Shown here one piece after another: positions 10,680 through 21,294 of a DNA stretch of 64,000 bases. Both the position numbers and the translations under genes were made by a program. How positions within the stretch are numbered: the stretch's first letter is position 1; each line of letters starts with the position of its first letter. Under the pieces are notes generated by a model. The model was not told the origin of the DNA. It saw only the letters and a list, made by a program, of their open reading frames with translations, and made no database searches. This DNA is from Planctomycetota bacterium (GTDB lineage: Bacteria; Planctomycetota; B15-G4), in assembly GCA_965248575.1 (NCBI GenBank), contig CBDFJQ010000002.1, positions 1,216,001-1,280,000 of the forward strand, given 5' to 3'.

Positions 10680-13600
10680 ATGGCAAGGCGCCGTCGCCGT
10701 CGTCGTCTTACGCGTGCCGTGCCCTGGCTCCTGGCCTTGGGCTTCGTGGTCGTGGTCGGCCTCTTCGTCTATGAGGCCGTGCGCACCAGCGCCGACCGCA
10801 TCGTCGCCGAAGCCGAGTCCATCCGGCGCGGCGACCCCAACAACGGCATCGCTCGCAACCCCGAAGTCGCCCTCGACATGCTCGAGCGTCTGCTGGCGAG
10901 AGAGCCAGAGCATTTCGACGCTTTGATCGAAGCAGCGCGCTCCTGGGCCTCCCTGCGCAGCTACGACAACGCCGTCGAGATGCTTGAGCGCGCAAACGCC
11001 GTCGCTGCGGCGCAGGAGGACACCATCGGCCAGGTGCGCGCCCTGCGACAGGGCGTGGGCTACCTCATCTCCAACCGGAAGTTCGACGACGCCATCGAGT
11101 GGGCCCAGACCGTCGCGTCCATCCAGCCTCACAACATACTCTTCAAGCTCAACTACGGGCTTGCGCTCTACAACAGCTCAACCGCAATCCAGAACATGGT
11201 GTTGCGGCGCTTCGTGCCCATCCTCAAGGTCACCGACGATGGCGATGTGTTCATCGTGGAGTCCATCGAGTCCTACGTGACCGACATCTGGGGTAGCTCT
11301 GACACCGAAGCGCTGATCACCCAGCTGGCACCGAAGGCGGACGAGGGCACGCGAGACGAGATTCGACAGCAGCTCGTCGACTCCCGGGACCTCTTCGGCC
11401 AAGCCGCCGACGTCTTCGTCGACTACCCCAACGCTCCGGCCTTCGACCAAGGTGTCTGCAGAGGGTATGTCGAGCTCTTGCGGCGCTCCGGCCGTGTCTA
11501 CGACGCACACATCGAAGCCGCCATCGCCCTTCGACAACCCAACCTCTCGACGGCCATGAGCCGGATCATGTTGCAGACCCAGGCGCAATGCCTGTTGGTC
11601 CTCGACGAAGTGCACCAGGCCGCCAATCTGTACGAGGAGATCGTCAAGGGCTTTCGCGCGGCAGGCACATGGCCCCCGCCGACCTTCGTGCAGTCGCTCA
11701 TCGACAACCGCGTGCTGGCGGAGGACTGGGACTGGATCCTCGCAAACCATGCCGAGTACGAGGAGCTCACCAACAACGACGTCCTGTTGCAGTACGCCCA
11801 CGCGGCCGCACTATCCGCCACGGGGGACCTGGACGCGGCCGTCGAGGAGATCCAACAGCCGTTCACGACCTTGAGCCTGGGCACGAGATTGCCACCCAGC
11901 GTGCGCAGCTTCCCGGACCGCCGGCGCCGCATCCTGCTCTTGGCGCACTCCTTGTTCGACCAGCTGGACGACACCAACGCCCTCACGGCCTTGGACGCCC
12001 TGATCGATAACTTCCCCCATGACAGCGAGGGACTGGAAGCGCGCATCCAGGTCCAGATAGAACGCGACCGTCTCGAGCTGGCGATGGAGGATGCCTTCGC
12101 CCTGCTCACGTCTGACCGGCGCCGGCCCGAAGACTTCCAACGCTGGCTGGACATCGCCAACGAACTCTCGCTCCAACGCTATGGGTTGAGCCTGGACGAA
12201 CGTGCGACGGAGATGATCGAGAAGGACCTGGAGTTCCAGGCCGCCAGCGCTCAGGCCGGCTTCGAGACCAATCAGGGGCGCCCGCAGGACAGCTGGCGGA
12301 GCGACACCGGTTCCACCAGCAGCGCGGCCTATCTGACCAAGGCTCCGGCCCTGGCCTGGACCACCATCCGCGAGCGCATTCCACGCAACCAGCTGGAACG
12401 CGCACGGAACGACCTGCGACGGCTCAGCCAGGACCATCCGGAGGTCCAGGAGTTCCGGGTGCAGCTCGGCAAGCTCCTGGTCCGACAGGGTCGGCTCGAC
12501 TCCGCCGTTGCGGAGTTCCGGGACGTCTTGAGCCAGGTGCCTTCCGACACCGAGCTGCTGGACCTCACCACCCGTATCGAGTTCTCCAGCGGCAACTCCG
12601 AGCAGGCAGCCGAGCTCGTGAACCAGATGATCCTCCATGATCCCTTGGGCGTCGGTGCCGTTCGCTACGGCAAGAACCTGCTGGAACGCGGTCGCATTGA
12701 CGAAGCACAGGATCTCATCAAGCGTCTGCTGCGTTGGCCTGACTTCACGCCGGGCCGCGACCTCTTCATCATGTCCGCACGCGCCTTCCTCGCGCGGGGC
12801 GACATCGACAGCGCCACGGCGCTCCTGGTCAACCTGAGCAACCAGTTTCCGAACAACGAAGACGTGGCCCTGCTCGGCCTGGAGATCGGCCTGAGTTCCG
12901 GGGACGAAGGGGTCATCGCCTCTGCGGTGGCACACCTGCGGCCCATGATCACCGGCTTGCTTCCCGACCAGGTGGGCGATCTCGCGTGGAACCTCCTCGA
13001 CTATGAGTACTTCGAAGAGATGCTGGAGATCTTCCCGGAGGTTCTCCGGGATCTGCCCGTGCTGCGTCCGGCGTTGCGCCCGCTCGCCGAAGCTTCCAAG
13101 GCCATCGGTGACACGGACGAAGCCGATCGCCTGCTGGAGTTGCTCGACGACAGCGAGGCCCTCAGGGATCGCTTCCTGCTGATGTCCTTCGTTGGCCGAA
13201 CCGAAGACGCCAGCCGGCGACTGCGCCTGACCACTGGGCGGGACGACCAGCAGCAGGACCTCGACTTCTGCTTGCTCTCAGCCGCCTCGCTCATGGGCTT
13301 CCAGTCGATGTACGACCTCGTGCCCGTGGTCCGCCTGCGCGACCTGGGGGTCGACCTCGAACTGGACCCCGCCAGCCTGGAGCTGTTGGATGCCGTCATG
13401 CGCATCATGCCCAGCAGGGATCGCCTGGACGAGGTCGTGCCGCGCGACGTCGTGGAGAACCCGCTGAAGGCCTACCCCAACGCTGGGCCGGATGTGGTTC
13501 GTCTCCTGGATGCGCTCAAGCAGGACCCGGAACGGACGGCCGAGACCATGCGCGCGCTGGTGCTGCTCATGATGTCCATCGACCGCCCGTTCTGGTGGCG

Positions 13601-15050
13601 CGAATCCCAGTTCCTGGCCGAACAGGTGCTCGATCATCTGCCAGGCATGCACGTCGTCTCCCTGCACCTGGCGCAACAGTACCTCGATTCCGAGCTTCCC
13701 AACGAGGCGCTGAACATCCTGAAGTACCTGCTCTCACCGACGGACGTGGACCCGCGCACCCTTGAGATGTTCATGGAGGCCACCCGGGCGTTTGGCCATG
13801 ACGAGTGGGGTCTCGCCATGGCCTACGAGGCGAAGGACGACGACGCCGTGTTGCTCGTGCTGGCCGAGAGCCTCCGGCACCGGCGCTACGTCGAAGAGTC
13901 GCTTCCGCACTACGAGGCCTTCCTCGAACGAAACCCGACCGACATCGAGGCATGGTCGGGCATCATCCAGGCCTACGCATTCCTCGGTCGTCCGCGAAGC
14001 ACCGTCGAGAGCGTCAAGACGGCCCTCGAGCTCCATCCGCAAGACGACGAGCTGGCCCAGGTGTGTACTGCAGCCCTGTCCAGGATCCCGACCTTGGACA
14101 ACGAAGGACAGCGCATCCTGGAGCTGCTCACCTCCGAGTACCCGCAGAACCTCGCGCCCTACGAACCCCTGGCCCAGATCTACCTGACGGCCGGGTCCCT
14201 CGATCGACTCGAGCCTCTGATCGACGCGCTCGTCCAACAACTGCAGGGCTCGACGCCCGAGCTCTGGTCTGAGGAAGCCGCCGTCGAGGCAACCGTCTGT
14301 CGTCGTTTGGGCCGCCTGGCGCGCAGCGCCGGGCTGCGGACATACGCCCGCCAGCTCAACAAGTTGGCGCTCCAAATCGAACCCGGTTCGGTGGGGCAGT
14401 TCCAGGAGCTGGCATCGCTGGAGATCGAAGACGGCAACCTGGACATCGCCCGCAGCTACCTCGAAGTGCTCAGCATCGTGCGCCCCTACGACCGCGAGGG
14501 GCCGCTCACGTTGGCGCGGCTCCTGTTCGAGCAGATCGGGCAACCGCACATCGCCGCCGACATCATCCGTCGAACGTACGGCCGGCAGATCATGCCGCCG
14601 GCGGCCGTGGAAGTCCTGGCCGCCGAGTCCTACCTGCGTGGCGACTCCGAAACGGCGCTGCACCTCTTCCGCAAGATCAGCCATCACCCCGCAGTCACGC
14701 CCGACACCTTCTTGACCGTGGGCCGCATCGCCTTCGCCTCCGGCTTGGATGACGAGGCCCGTGGCATCTTCACCCAGTACCAGAAGTTCGTGGGACTCGA
14801 CCACCCGACGGCTGGCCGGGTCAGCTCCCTGCTGGCGCTCTGCGGACCCGCACCGAAGGCAGCAGGCACCGGCAAGGGTGCTGCCTCCTCCGCAGCGCCC
14901 GAGGCAGTTGAGGACGAGGGAACTGAGGGCGACTCACAAGCGGAGGCCGTGGCAGTGCAGGAAGCCTCGACCGATCCCGACAGCAACAGCAGCGCCGACC
15001 AGGCCGGTGACGGTCTCCCGAGCGCCCTCGCCGCCGACGGCGAGCTCTAG
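10680..15050 (+). CDS. Large membrane-anchored TPR-repeat protein (1456 aa)
   Basis: Poly-Arg plus hydrophobic N-terminal anchor; many TPR-like units (LGKLLVRQGRLDSAVAEFRDVLSQVPSD, YEAFLERNPTDIEAW, ALQIEPGSV); acidic C-tail. Confidence 0.85.
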   Translation: MARRRRRRRLTRAVPWLLALGFVVVVGLFVYEAVRTSADRIVAEAESIRRGDPNNGIARNPEVALDMLERLLAREPEHFDALIEAARSWASLRSYDNAVEMLERANAVAAAQEDTIGQVRALRQGVGYLISNRKFDDAIEWAQTVASIQPHNILFKLNYGLALYNSSTAIQNMVLRRFVPILKVTDDGDVFIVESIESYVTDIWGSSDTEALITQLAPKADEGTRDEIRQQLVDSRDLFGQAADVFVDYPNAPAFDQGVCRGYVELLRRSGRVYDAHIEAAIALRQPNLSTAMSRIMLQTQAQCLLVLDEVHQAANLYEEIVKGFRAAGTWPPPTFVQSLIDNRVLAEDWDWILANHAEYEELTNNDVLLQYAHAAALSATGDLDAAVEEIQQPFTTLSLGTRLPPSVRSFPDRRRRILLLAHSLFDQLDDTNALTALDALIDNFPHDSEGLEARIQVQIERDRLELAMEDAFALLTSDRRRPEDFQRWLDIANELSLQRYGLSLDERATEMIEKDLEFQAASAQAGFETNQGRPQDSWRSDTGSTSSAAYLTKAPALAWTTIRERIPRNQLERARNDLRRLSQDHPEVQEFRVQLGKLLVRQGRLDSAVAEFRDVLSQVPSDTELLDLTTRIEFSSGNSEQAAELVNQMILHDPLGVGAVRYGKNLLERGRIDEAQDLIKRLLRWPDFTPGRDLFIMSARAFLARGDIDSATALLVNLSNQFPNNEDVALLGLEIGLSSGDEGVIASAVAHLRPMITGLLPDQVGDLAWNLLDYEYFEEMLEIFPEVLRDLPVLRPALRPLAEASKAIGDTDEADRLLELLDDSEALRDRFLLMSFVGRTEDASRRLRLTTGRDDQQQDLDFCLLSAASLMGFQSMYDLVPVVRLRDLGVDLELDPASLELLDAVMRIMPSRDRLDEVVPRDVVENPLKAYPNAGPDVVRLLDALKQDPERTAETMRALVLLMMSIDRPFWWRESQFLAEQVLDHLPGMHVVSLHLAQQYLDSELPNEALNILKYLLSPTDVDPRTLEMFMEATRAFGHDEWGLAMAYEAKDDDAVLLVLAESLRHRRYVEESLPHYEAFLERNPTDIEAWSGIIQAYAFLGRPRSTVESVKTALELHPQDDELAQVCTAALSRIPTLDNEGQRILELLTSEYPQNLAPYEPLAQIYLTAGSLDRLEPLIDALVQQLQGSTPELWSEEAAVEATVCRRLGRLARSAGLRTYARQLNKLALQIEPGSVGQFQELASLEIEDGNLDIARSYLEVLSIVRPYDREGPLTLARLLFEQIGQPHIAADIIRRTYGRQIMPPAAVEVLAAESYLRGDSETALHLFRKISHHPAVTPDTFLTVGRIAFASGLDDEARGIFTQYQKFVGLDHPTAGRVSSLLALCGPAPKAAGTGKGAASSAAPEAVEDEGTEGDSQAEAVAVQEASTDPDSNSSADQAGDGLPSALAADGEL

Positions 15051-15083
15051 GAACTTCTCGCGGACCCGCAGGAGCCCGGCTGC

Positions 15084-15959
15084 TCAGTCGAGGGACGCAG
15101 GGTCCAGGCGACGCTCGCTCGGTACGGCGATCTCGCCGATGGGCCCGAAGGCGTGCCGCTCCAGCAAGCGCTGAAGCTTTCCCTGCACCTGCGAAAGACC
15201 GAAGTAGTGCCGGAATGTCCGCAGGCCACCCAGCTGGTGACGGGGCTGGTGGACATCCAGCTCCCAAGGGTGCAGATAGACGACTCCCGCTTCCCCGTCG
15301 GCCTCCGAACGTCGCAGCGCTCCGTCCACCAATGGCAAGGGCAGAAGTCTCAAATAGCCGCCCCCCGCCGCGGGCCAGCGCCGCCCGAAGGCGGGCCGGG
15401 TCAGCAAGGGGTACTCACGCAGGGCGGGACCGCCAGGCAGGTCCAGGTGCACGGGGTGCCAAGGAAACGCCGGATCACCGTATCGGTCGTGCCGCACGGG
15501 AAACACGCTGCTGTCCCAGGTGTGCCCCGCATCCGCCAGCGCGTTCAGCGCCCAGCGGGTGCCCTTGCCGATCGAGAAGGTCGACGCACGGAAACCAGCG
15601 ACCTCTGCACCCGAGATATCCTGCAGCAGGGCACGCGCGCGGCGCACGTCTTCCGCGAAACCCTCCGGGCCGAGATCGCCCGCCATGCGGTGGCTGTATC
15701 CATGGGAGGCCAGCTCGTGGCCTGCACCGATAATGCGGTTGACGACGGCGGGAGATCGCTCCGCAACCAACCCCAGCACGAAGAAGGTTGCGCGCACGCC
15801 GGCGGTGTCGAGCAGGGCCAGGATCTGGTCCGTGACCGCTTCCACCCGGCTGTCCTGGGAGGCCCAGGAATCCGGCGGTGTCACCGACCACATGTTGAGC
15901 GCGTGAAAGGCCTCTTCGATATCAAAGGACAACCCATGTCGAATGACCGGGGAGCTCAT
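15084..15959 (-). CDS. Polysaccharide deacetylase (XrtA-system type, DUF3473)
   Basis: LSFDIEEAFH, ATFFVLGLVAE, GHELASHGYSH, GFRASTFSI, DSSVFPVRHDRYG, AGGGYLRLLP, YLHPWELD; ATGA overlap with the upstream gene. Confidence 0.92.
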   Translation of the reverse strand: MSSPVIRHGLSFDIEEAFHALNMWSVTPPDSWASQDSRVEAVTDQILALLDTAGVRATFFVLGLVAERSPAVVNRIIGAGHELASHGYSHRMAGDLGPEGFAEDVRRARALLQDISGAEVAGFRASTFSIGKGTRWALNALADAGHTWDSSVFPVRHDRYGDPAFPWHPVHLDLPGGPALREYPLLTRPAFGRRWPAAGGGYLRLLPLPLVDGALRRSEADGEAGVVYLHPWELDVHQPRHQLGGLRTFRHYFGLSQVQGKLQRLLERHAFGPIGEIAVPSERRLDPASLD

Positions 15960-17095
15960 GTCGTCAGCGCCCCCAGGCACTCCAGGGCGATCTCTTCGAC
16001 GCGCTGCGCGTTGGCATCCCAGGTGTAACGCTGCTCGTCGAGGGTCGAGCGAGCGCCCCCACCCAGGGCCGTGCGCAGGGCCGTGTCGTTCGCCAAGGTT
16101 GCCACCGCGGCACACATGTCCTCGATGGCACCCGGTTCGAACAAGAGGGCATCCTTCTCGTGGGTCAGGATCTCCCGCAGGTTGGCCTGATCCGGCGCGA
16201 CGATCGCCTTGCCCGCCGCCATGTACTCGAAGAGCTTCAGGGGCGATGCCCAGGCCGTCGCAGCAGGCTGCACACAGATATCCATGGAGCGCACGAGCGC
16301 CGGGATCTCCTCGCGCGAGACGGCGCCCGTGACGGTCACGCGCGACACGACGTCGCGCTCCACGGCCCGTGCCTCGATGGAGGCCTGGGCTGGGCCCGTG
16401 CCCACCAACAGGAGGCGCGAGTTCTTGGGCAGCAGTCCGTCCGCGAGTCCGTCAACCAGGGCTTCGATGCCGTGCCAAGGGCGGAAGAAGCCGGTGAAGC
16501 CCACCACGACGTCGTCACGGGCGGGAAGTGCTTCCACGGGATAGAGCGAGAGGTTCGCCCCATTGGGAATCACGCGCACACGCTCAGCGGGCAGCCCTTG
16601 GGCGATGAGCATGTCGGCCAGCACCTGGGTGACCACGAGCAGTCTGTCCGCTCGATCGAACACCCGTCGCTCCGAGGCTTCGGCCCAGCGCTGAAGTACG
16701 AGGGTCTCGTGAGCGCTGCGTTCGGTGGCGAGAGGCGAGTTCACTTCCAGCAGCAGGGGGACCCCCAGGCTGCGCGCCGCACGCACACCGGCCGTGTTCG
16801 ACAGGGCGTGGCGTTCGTAGATGAAGTCCGCTTCACAGGCTCGCGCGGCCTCGACCAATCGGCGATACACCATCGGGCCATAGGCGTGTTCCGCCAGCTC
16901 GTAGGTGACGCGCGGCAGACGGCTCAGCAGCTTGCCGACCGCGCCGCCCTCGGAGCCCATCTCACCGTCGTCGCCCTTGGAGAGAGCCCACTCTTCCACG
17001 TGATGCTCCCGCCGGCGCAGCGCAGCGATGAGCTCGCGAATGTGCACAGCCTGTCCATCGCGAGACTTGGTCCGGTGGTGATACAGGATGTTCAT
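15956..17095 (-). CDS. GT4 glycosyltransferase
   Basis: GQAVHIRELI, IYERH, LEVNSPL, GFTGFFRPWHG, SPLKLFEYMAAGKAIV. Confidence 0.92.
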   Translation of the reverse strand: MNILYHHRTKSRDGQAVHIRELIAALRRREHHVEEWALSKGDDGEMGSEGGAVGKLLSRLPRVTYELAEHAYGPMVYRRLVEAARACEADFIYERHALSNTAGVRAARSLGVPLLLEVNSPLATERSAHETLVLQRWAEASERRVFDRADRLLVVTQVLADMLIAQGLPAERVRVIPNGANLSLYPVEALPARDDVVVGFTGFFRPWHGIEALVDGLADGLLPKNSRLLLVGTGPAQASIEARAVERDVVSRVTVTGAVSREEIPALVRSMDICVQPAATAWASPLKLFEYMAAGKAIVAPDQANLREILTHEKDALLFEPGAIEDMCAAVATLANDTALRTALGGGARSTLDEQRYTWDANAQRVEEIALECLGALTT

Positions 17096-18291
17096 GCCGG
17101 GACCGCCTCGCCCGCGACCCGTTCAAAGAGCTGGTGCATGCCGTCCAGGGTGGGTTCCCAACCGAACTGCTCGGCCCAGGGTCGGGCGGCGGCCGCGTCC
17201 ATCTGCTCGAAATCGCGCAGGCCTTGCTTGAGGCCGTGCACGCTGGGCTCCACCAGACGACCGGCGGCGCAGCCCGTCAGGATCTCAGGCGTCCCCCAGA
17301 CCTTCGTCGCGACGATGGGCGTGCCGCATGCCAGGCCTTCCAGCACCACGTTCGGCCAGCCCTCGCGACTGGAGGCGAGCACCTGCACGTCGGCCGCCTG
17401 ATACCAGACAGGCAGCTCCGACGGTGGCACGGGCCCCACGAACTGGACGAAATGATCCACGCTGTGCTGCTCCGCCAAGCGCTTCATCGGGGCCACATCA
17501 CCGCCGCCGACGAGCACCAGCCTATGAGGTACAGGAGCCTTGGCCAGGCTGCGCGCAAAGGCCTCAATCAGAAGGTGCTGCCCCTTGCGCTCCACCAGAT
17601 GCCCGACGCAGAGCACGATACGTTCGTCCTCCGGTAGGCCGGTGTAGGCGCGTGCCTTGCTCTTGGAGCCCGGCTGGAAATGTTCGAGGTCGACACCGTT
17701 GCGCAAGGTGGTGACCTTCTCGGGCGGGGCGCCGAGCTTCAGGGCAACATCGCGCAGGGCGTCCGCCACGCACACCACCTGGTCCACCCCTCGCAGGGTC
17801 TCCTGGATCTGCGGGCGCACGGAATCGATTTCTGGGATCAGGTTGAGGTCGGTCCCACGACACGTCAGCACCATGGGCAAGCGGCGCCCCAAGGCCTTGG
17901 ACAATTGATCTCGCAGCTGAAAGGCCGCCACACCGTCGGGGTAGGCGTAATGCACGTCGAGCACGTCGGGTTGCACCCGTCGCACCTGTTCCGCCAAGCA
18001 GCTCCGAACCGAACGCGCCATGAGGTTGGCGCGCCAGGCATCGCCGAAGCCGGGCGGGCTCGCGTAGCGCGGATGGTCCACGGAGAAACCGTCGACCGTC
18101 TCTCTGGAAGGGATCCGCCGGAAGCGCGTCCATCGACGCGGCCCCACGGGGGGAGCCATGGGGACCGGCGCAACGATGTGGGCACTGCCTCCATGGCGCT
18201 TGAGGTAGCGCTGCAGTCTCGTCTTCACGAACACCCCGTGGTGAGGTTCCAGGCCGTTCGGGAAGAGGGATGTGAAGACGAGAAGCTTCAC
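17092..18291 (-). CDS. GT4 glycosyltransferase (TuaC-like)
   Basis: FTSLFPN...GVFV, HYAYPDG, RGTDLN, VGHLVERKG, SSREGWPNVVLEGLACGTP; GTG start overlaps the asnB stop. Confidence 0.92.
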   Translation of the reverse strand: MKLLVFTSLFPNGLEPHHGVFVKTRLQRYLKRHGGSAHIVAPVPMAPPVGPRRWTRFRRIPSRETVDGFSVDHPRYASPPGFGDAWRANLMARSVRSCLAEQVRRVQPDVLDVHYAYPDGVAAFQLRDQLSKALGRRLPMVLTCRGTDLNLIPEIDSVRPQIQETLRGVDQVVCVADALRDVALKLGAPPEKVTTLRNGVDLEHFQPGSKSKARAYTGLPEDERIVLCVGHLVERKGQHLLIEAFARSLAKAPVPHRLVLVGGGDVAPMKRLAEQHSVDHFVQFVGPVPPSELPVWYQAADVQVLASSREGWPNVVLEGLACGTPIVATKVWGTPEILTGCAAGRLVEPSVHGLKQGLRDFEQMDAAAARPWAEQFGWEPTLDGMHQLFERVAGEAVPA

Positions 18292-20168
18292 GACATCACC
18301 GCTGGGTAAGCGTGGCGTTGGAACGCATCCAAGACTACGAAGAACCACACCTCGGCGGTCCGGTCCTGCTTGCCGGAGAGGTGGTCGTTGATGGTCCTGC
18401 ACACCTCGTCGTAGTCGAGCAGGTCGAACACCGGCCCGGAGGGTTCGGCGATGATCTCGCCCAGCACGGGTGCCAGAGGTCCCGCAAGCCAATCGCCCAC
18501 GGGCAAGTGGAACCCCTGCTTGGGTCGGTCCAGCACGCTGTCGGGGACTCTCCCGCGCAGGCTGCGTTTGAAGAGCGCCTTGCCCTCCCCATCGTGCAGC
18601 TTGCTCTCCACCGGCAGGTTGGCGGCGTACTCGACGAAGTCGGTGTCCAGGAGCGGCACGCGCACCTCGAGGCCGTGAGCCATGGACATGCGATCGGCTT
18701 TCACCAGGATGTCGTCGGCCAGCCAGGTCGAAAAGTCCATCGCCAGCACACGGCTCAACGGGTCGTGGTGCTCCACGCGTTTGGCACGCTTCTCCACGCT
18801 TTCCCGCAGCGGTTCCTCCGGGAGGAGTTCGGGGCGGATCAGCGCGCGCGCCCGCTTCTCCGGAATGCGCGACAGGCTGCGGAGGTATCCGTCGAGCCAG
18901 TCGTCTCCCAGGTTCTCGAGCAAGGTTCCGGCACGCAGGGGCTTGGGCACCCAGCGGCCGCGGGGCCAGGCGCGGCCCAGGGGCCCGAGACCCAGGCGCC
19001 GCAAGGGCTCCGGCAGGTTGGCCCGCATGTGTTCCTCGATGACGTCGTACTTGGTGCGCCGATAGCCTGCGAAGTTCTCGTCACCACCATCGCCAGACAG
19101 GGCAACCGTGACGTGTCGACGCGCGGCCTCACACACCAGCCAGGTGGGAGCAGCCGAAGTGTCGGCGAAGGGGCTCTCCAGGTGCCAGGCGAGGCGAGGT
19201 ACCAGGTCCACGATGTCCGACTCGGCAGACTCCTCATGCAGACGCACGCCCAGGCCCTTGGCCACTTGCCGGGCGAAGGGGCGCTCATCCATGCCGTCGG
19301 ACACGACGCCGACGGTCACGGCGTCGACCTGGGTCGAGACGACCTTCGTCATGGCCGTCACCACAGCGGAGGAATCGATCCCCCCTGAGAGAAAGGCACC
19401 CAAGGGGACTTCACTCATCATGTGCGATTCTACGGCGCGGGACACCTGCTCCCAGCAAGCGTCGGGGTCGTCCTGCTCGGTGCCGGGCTCGAACACCAAC
19501 TCATGATGTCGGCCGTGACGGATCTCGCCTTCGGACCAGGTCAGGAAGGCTCCAGGCTCCAGGCACTGCACACCTTCGTAGATCGTCCCTGGAGCCATGG
19601 TGAAACCGAGCGTCACTGACTCCAGCAGCCCCCGCTTGGAGAGCGGCGGGCGCGTGGGCAGGGCCGTCAGGATCGCCTTCATCTCCGAGCCGAAGTGCAG
19701 CCCGTCCCGGGTGTTGGCCCAGAACAGGGGCTTGATGCCCAAGGGGTCGCGCGCGAGGTGCAGCTCACGCTTCATGCGATCGAGCAAGGCGAAGGCGAAC
19801 ATACCCCGCAAGCGACGCAGCATCCCGGCCAGCCCCCACACCAGGAAGCCATGCACGATCACCTCACCGTCGCTCCCGGTGCGTGGTCGGCATCCGGCAG
19901 CCTCCAGCTCAGCGCGCAACTCACGATGGTTGTAGATCTCGCCGTTGTAGACCATGGCGACGCGCTGCTCGTCATCGTAGAGCGGGTTTCGACCCCCCTC
20001 CAGGTCGATGATGGCCAGCCGCCGGTGCCCGAGCCCGAAGGGGCCGTCCATGAACGTGTCCTGGGCGTCCGGCCCACGATGCTCGAGGGACGACGTCATC
20101 CTCTCCAAGAGGACTTCCTCCAGCAGAGGCTGGCCTGGAGACGCTGCGAAACCGGCGATGCCACACAT
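18288..20168 (-). CDS. asnB: Asparagine synthase family glutamine amidotransferase (polysaccharide-amidating type)
   Basis: MCGIAG Ntn Cys, HRGPD, GHRRLAIIDL, NGEIYN, LSGGIDSS, SGDGGDE, KADRMSMAHGLEVRVP. Confidence 0.93.
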   Translation of the reverse strand: MCGIAGFAASPGQPLLEEVLLERMTSSLEHRGPDAQDTFMDGPFGLGHRRLAIIDLEGGRNPLYDDEQRVAMVYNGEIYNHRELRAELEAAGCRPRTGSDGEVIVHGFLVWGLAGMLRRLRGMFAFALLDRMKRELHLARDPLGIKPLFWANTRDGLHFGSEMKAILTALPTRPPLSKRGLLESVTLGFTMAPGTIYEGVQCLEPGAFLTWSEGEIRHGRHHELVFEPGTEQDDPDACWEQVSRAVESHMMSEVPLGAFLSGGIDSSAVVTAMTKVVSTQVDAVTVGVVSDGMDERPFARQVAKGLGVRLHEESAESDIVDLVPRLAWHLESPFADTSAAPTWLVCEAARRHVTVALSGDGGDENFAGYRRTKYDVIEEHMRANLPEPLRRLGLGPLGRAWPRGRWVPKPLRAGTLLENLGDDWLDGYLRSLSRIPEKRARALIRPELLPEEPLRESVEKRAKRVEHHDPLSRVLAMDFSTWLADDILVKADRMSMAHGLEVRVPLLDTDFVEYAANLPVESKLHDGEGKALFKRSLRGRVPDSVLDRPKQGFHLPVGDWLAGPLAPVLGEIIAEPSGPVFDLLDYDEVCRTINDHLSGKQDRTAEVWFFVVLDAFQRHAYPAVMS

Positions 20169-20169
20169 C

Positions 20170-21294
20170 TCAGACCACCTTCATGGGAAGCAGGGCTTCG
20201 TAGATGTCCACGTAGGCGTCAACCATGCGTGCGTGGGTAAAGTGCGCCAGGTAGCGCTGACGGGCCGCGCGCCCTTGCTGCTCCCGTCGCTCGGGTTTCC
20301 GGAGCAACGACTCAAGCGTAGCGGCGTATCCGTGCTCATCCCTGTACTGCACGAGTGATCCAGTGACGCCATCGTCGATGACTTCCGGGTTGCCGCCCAC
20401 GGCGTAGGAAACCGAGGGCCGGCTCATGGCGTGCGCCTCGACCATGCTCAGCGGCAGGCCTTCGCGGTGGCTGGGCAGCACGAACAGGTCGGCGGCTGCG
20501 AGCAGGCGCGGCACATCGTCCCGATTGCCCAGGAATTGAACGGCCTGTTCCGGCAGTGTCGATCGCGCCTGGGTCTCGAGCTCTTGCCGCAAGGGCCCAT
20601 CGCCAGCCAGCACGAAACGCGCATGGCCGTCGAGCTTGGCGTGCAGTTCGGCGAAGACCCGCAAGAAGCCGGCGTGGTTTTTCACCGGCGTGAGGCTGCC
20701 CACGGCCAGCACCACAGGAGTCTCCTGACCCCACCCTAGCTCCAGGCGAGCCTCCGCCTGGCTGCCAGGGAAGCGCTCCAGCGGGTCCGGGATGCCATTC
20801 ACAAGACAGGATGTGCGGGACCCTGGGAAGCCCTCGAAACGCACCAGATCACCGCGCAGCTGCTCCGACACCGCGACCGTGCGCGTCACGCGGCGAGCGA
20901 GCCAACGATGGAGCACGCGGTGTCTCCACGGCGCCGGCATCTCGCGATCGTGTTCCGTAAACAAGGATGGCAACCGTCGGGCGCGCCATGCGGCACGGGC
21001 CCCGTGAAAGAGGGCGGTCACATTGTGGCAGTGGACCAGGTCGACTCCGTCCTCGACGAACCGCGCGGCCAGCTTGCGGGCGTAGCCGGCGTCGACACCC
21101 TGCTCGCGCGGCATGTGGACGTAGGCGATGCCTGCCTCCTCAAGGACGGCCTTGTTCGGGCCCTCCGCATCGAAGGTGTAGAACCGGGGCTCGAACTCGT
21201 CGCGCTTCAGCGCCAAGGCGAGGCCCACGGCCATGCCCTGGAGCCCTCCGATAGCCAGGTCGGGAACGACCATCGCCAACTGCTGCGCACTCAT
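20170..21294 (-). CDS. GT4 glycosyltransferase
   Basis: IGGLQ, VHCHN, VGSLTPVKN, GNRDDVPRLL, PSHREGLPLSMVEA, VGGNPEVI. Confidence 0.92.
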   Translation of the reverse strand: MSAQQLAMVVPDLAIGGLQGMAVGLALALKRDEFEPRFYTFDAEGPNKAVLEEAGIAYVHMPREQGVDAGYARKLAARFVEDGVDLVHCHNVTALFHGARAAWRARRLPSLFTEHDREMPAPWRHRVLHRWLARRVTRTVAVSEQLRGDLVRFEGFPGSRTSCLVNGIPDPLERFPGSQAEARLELGWGQETPVVLAVGSLTPVKNHAGFLRVFAELHAKLDGHARFVLAGDGPLRQELETQARSTLPEQAVQFLGNRDDVPRLLAAADLFVLPSHREGLPLSMVEAHAMSRPSVSYAVGGNPEVIDDGVTGSLVQYRDEHGYAATLESLLRKPERREQQGRAARQRYLAHFTHARMVDAYVDIYEALLPMKVV

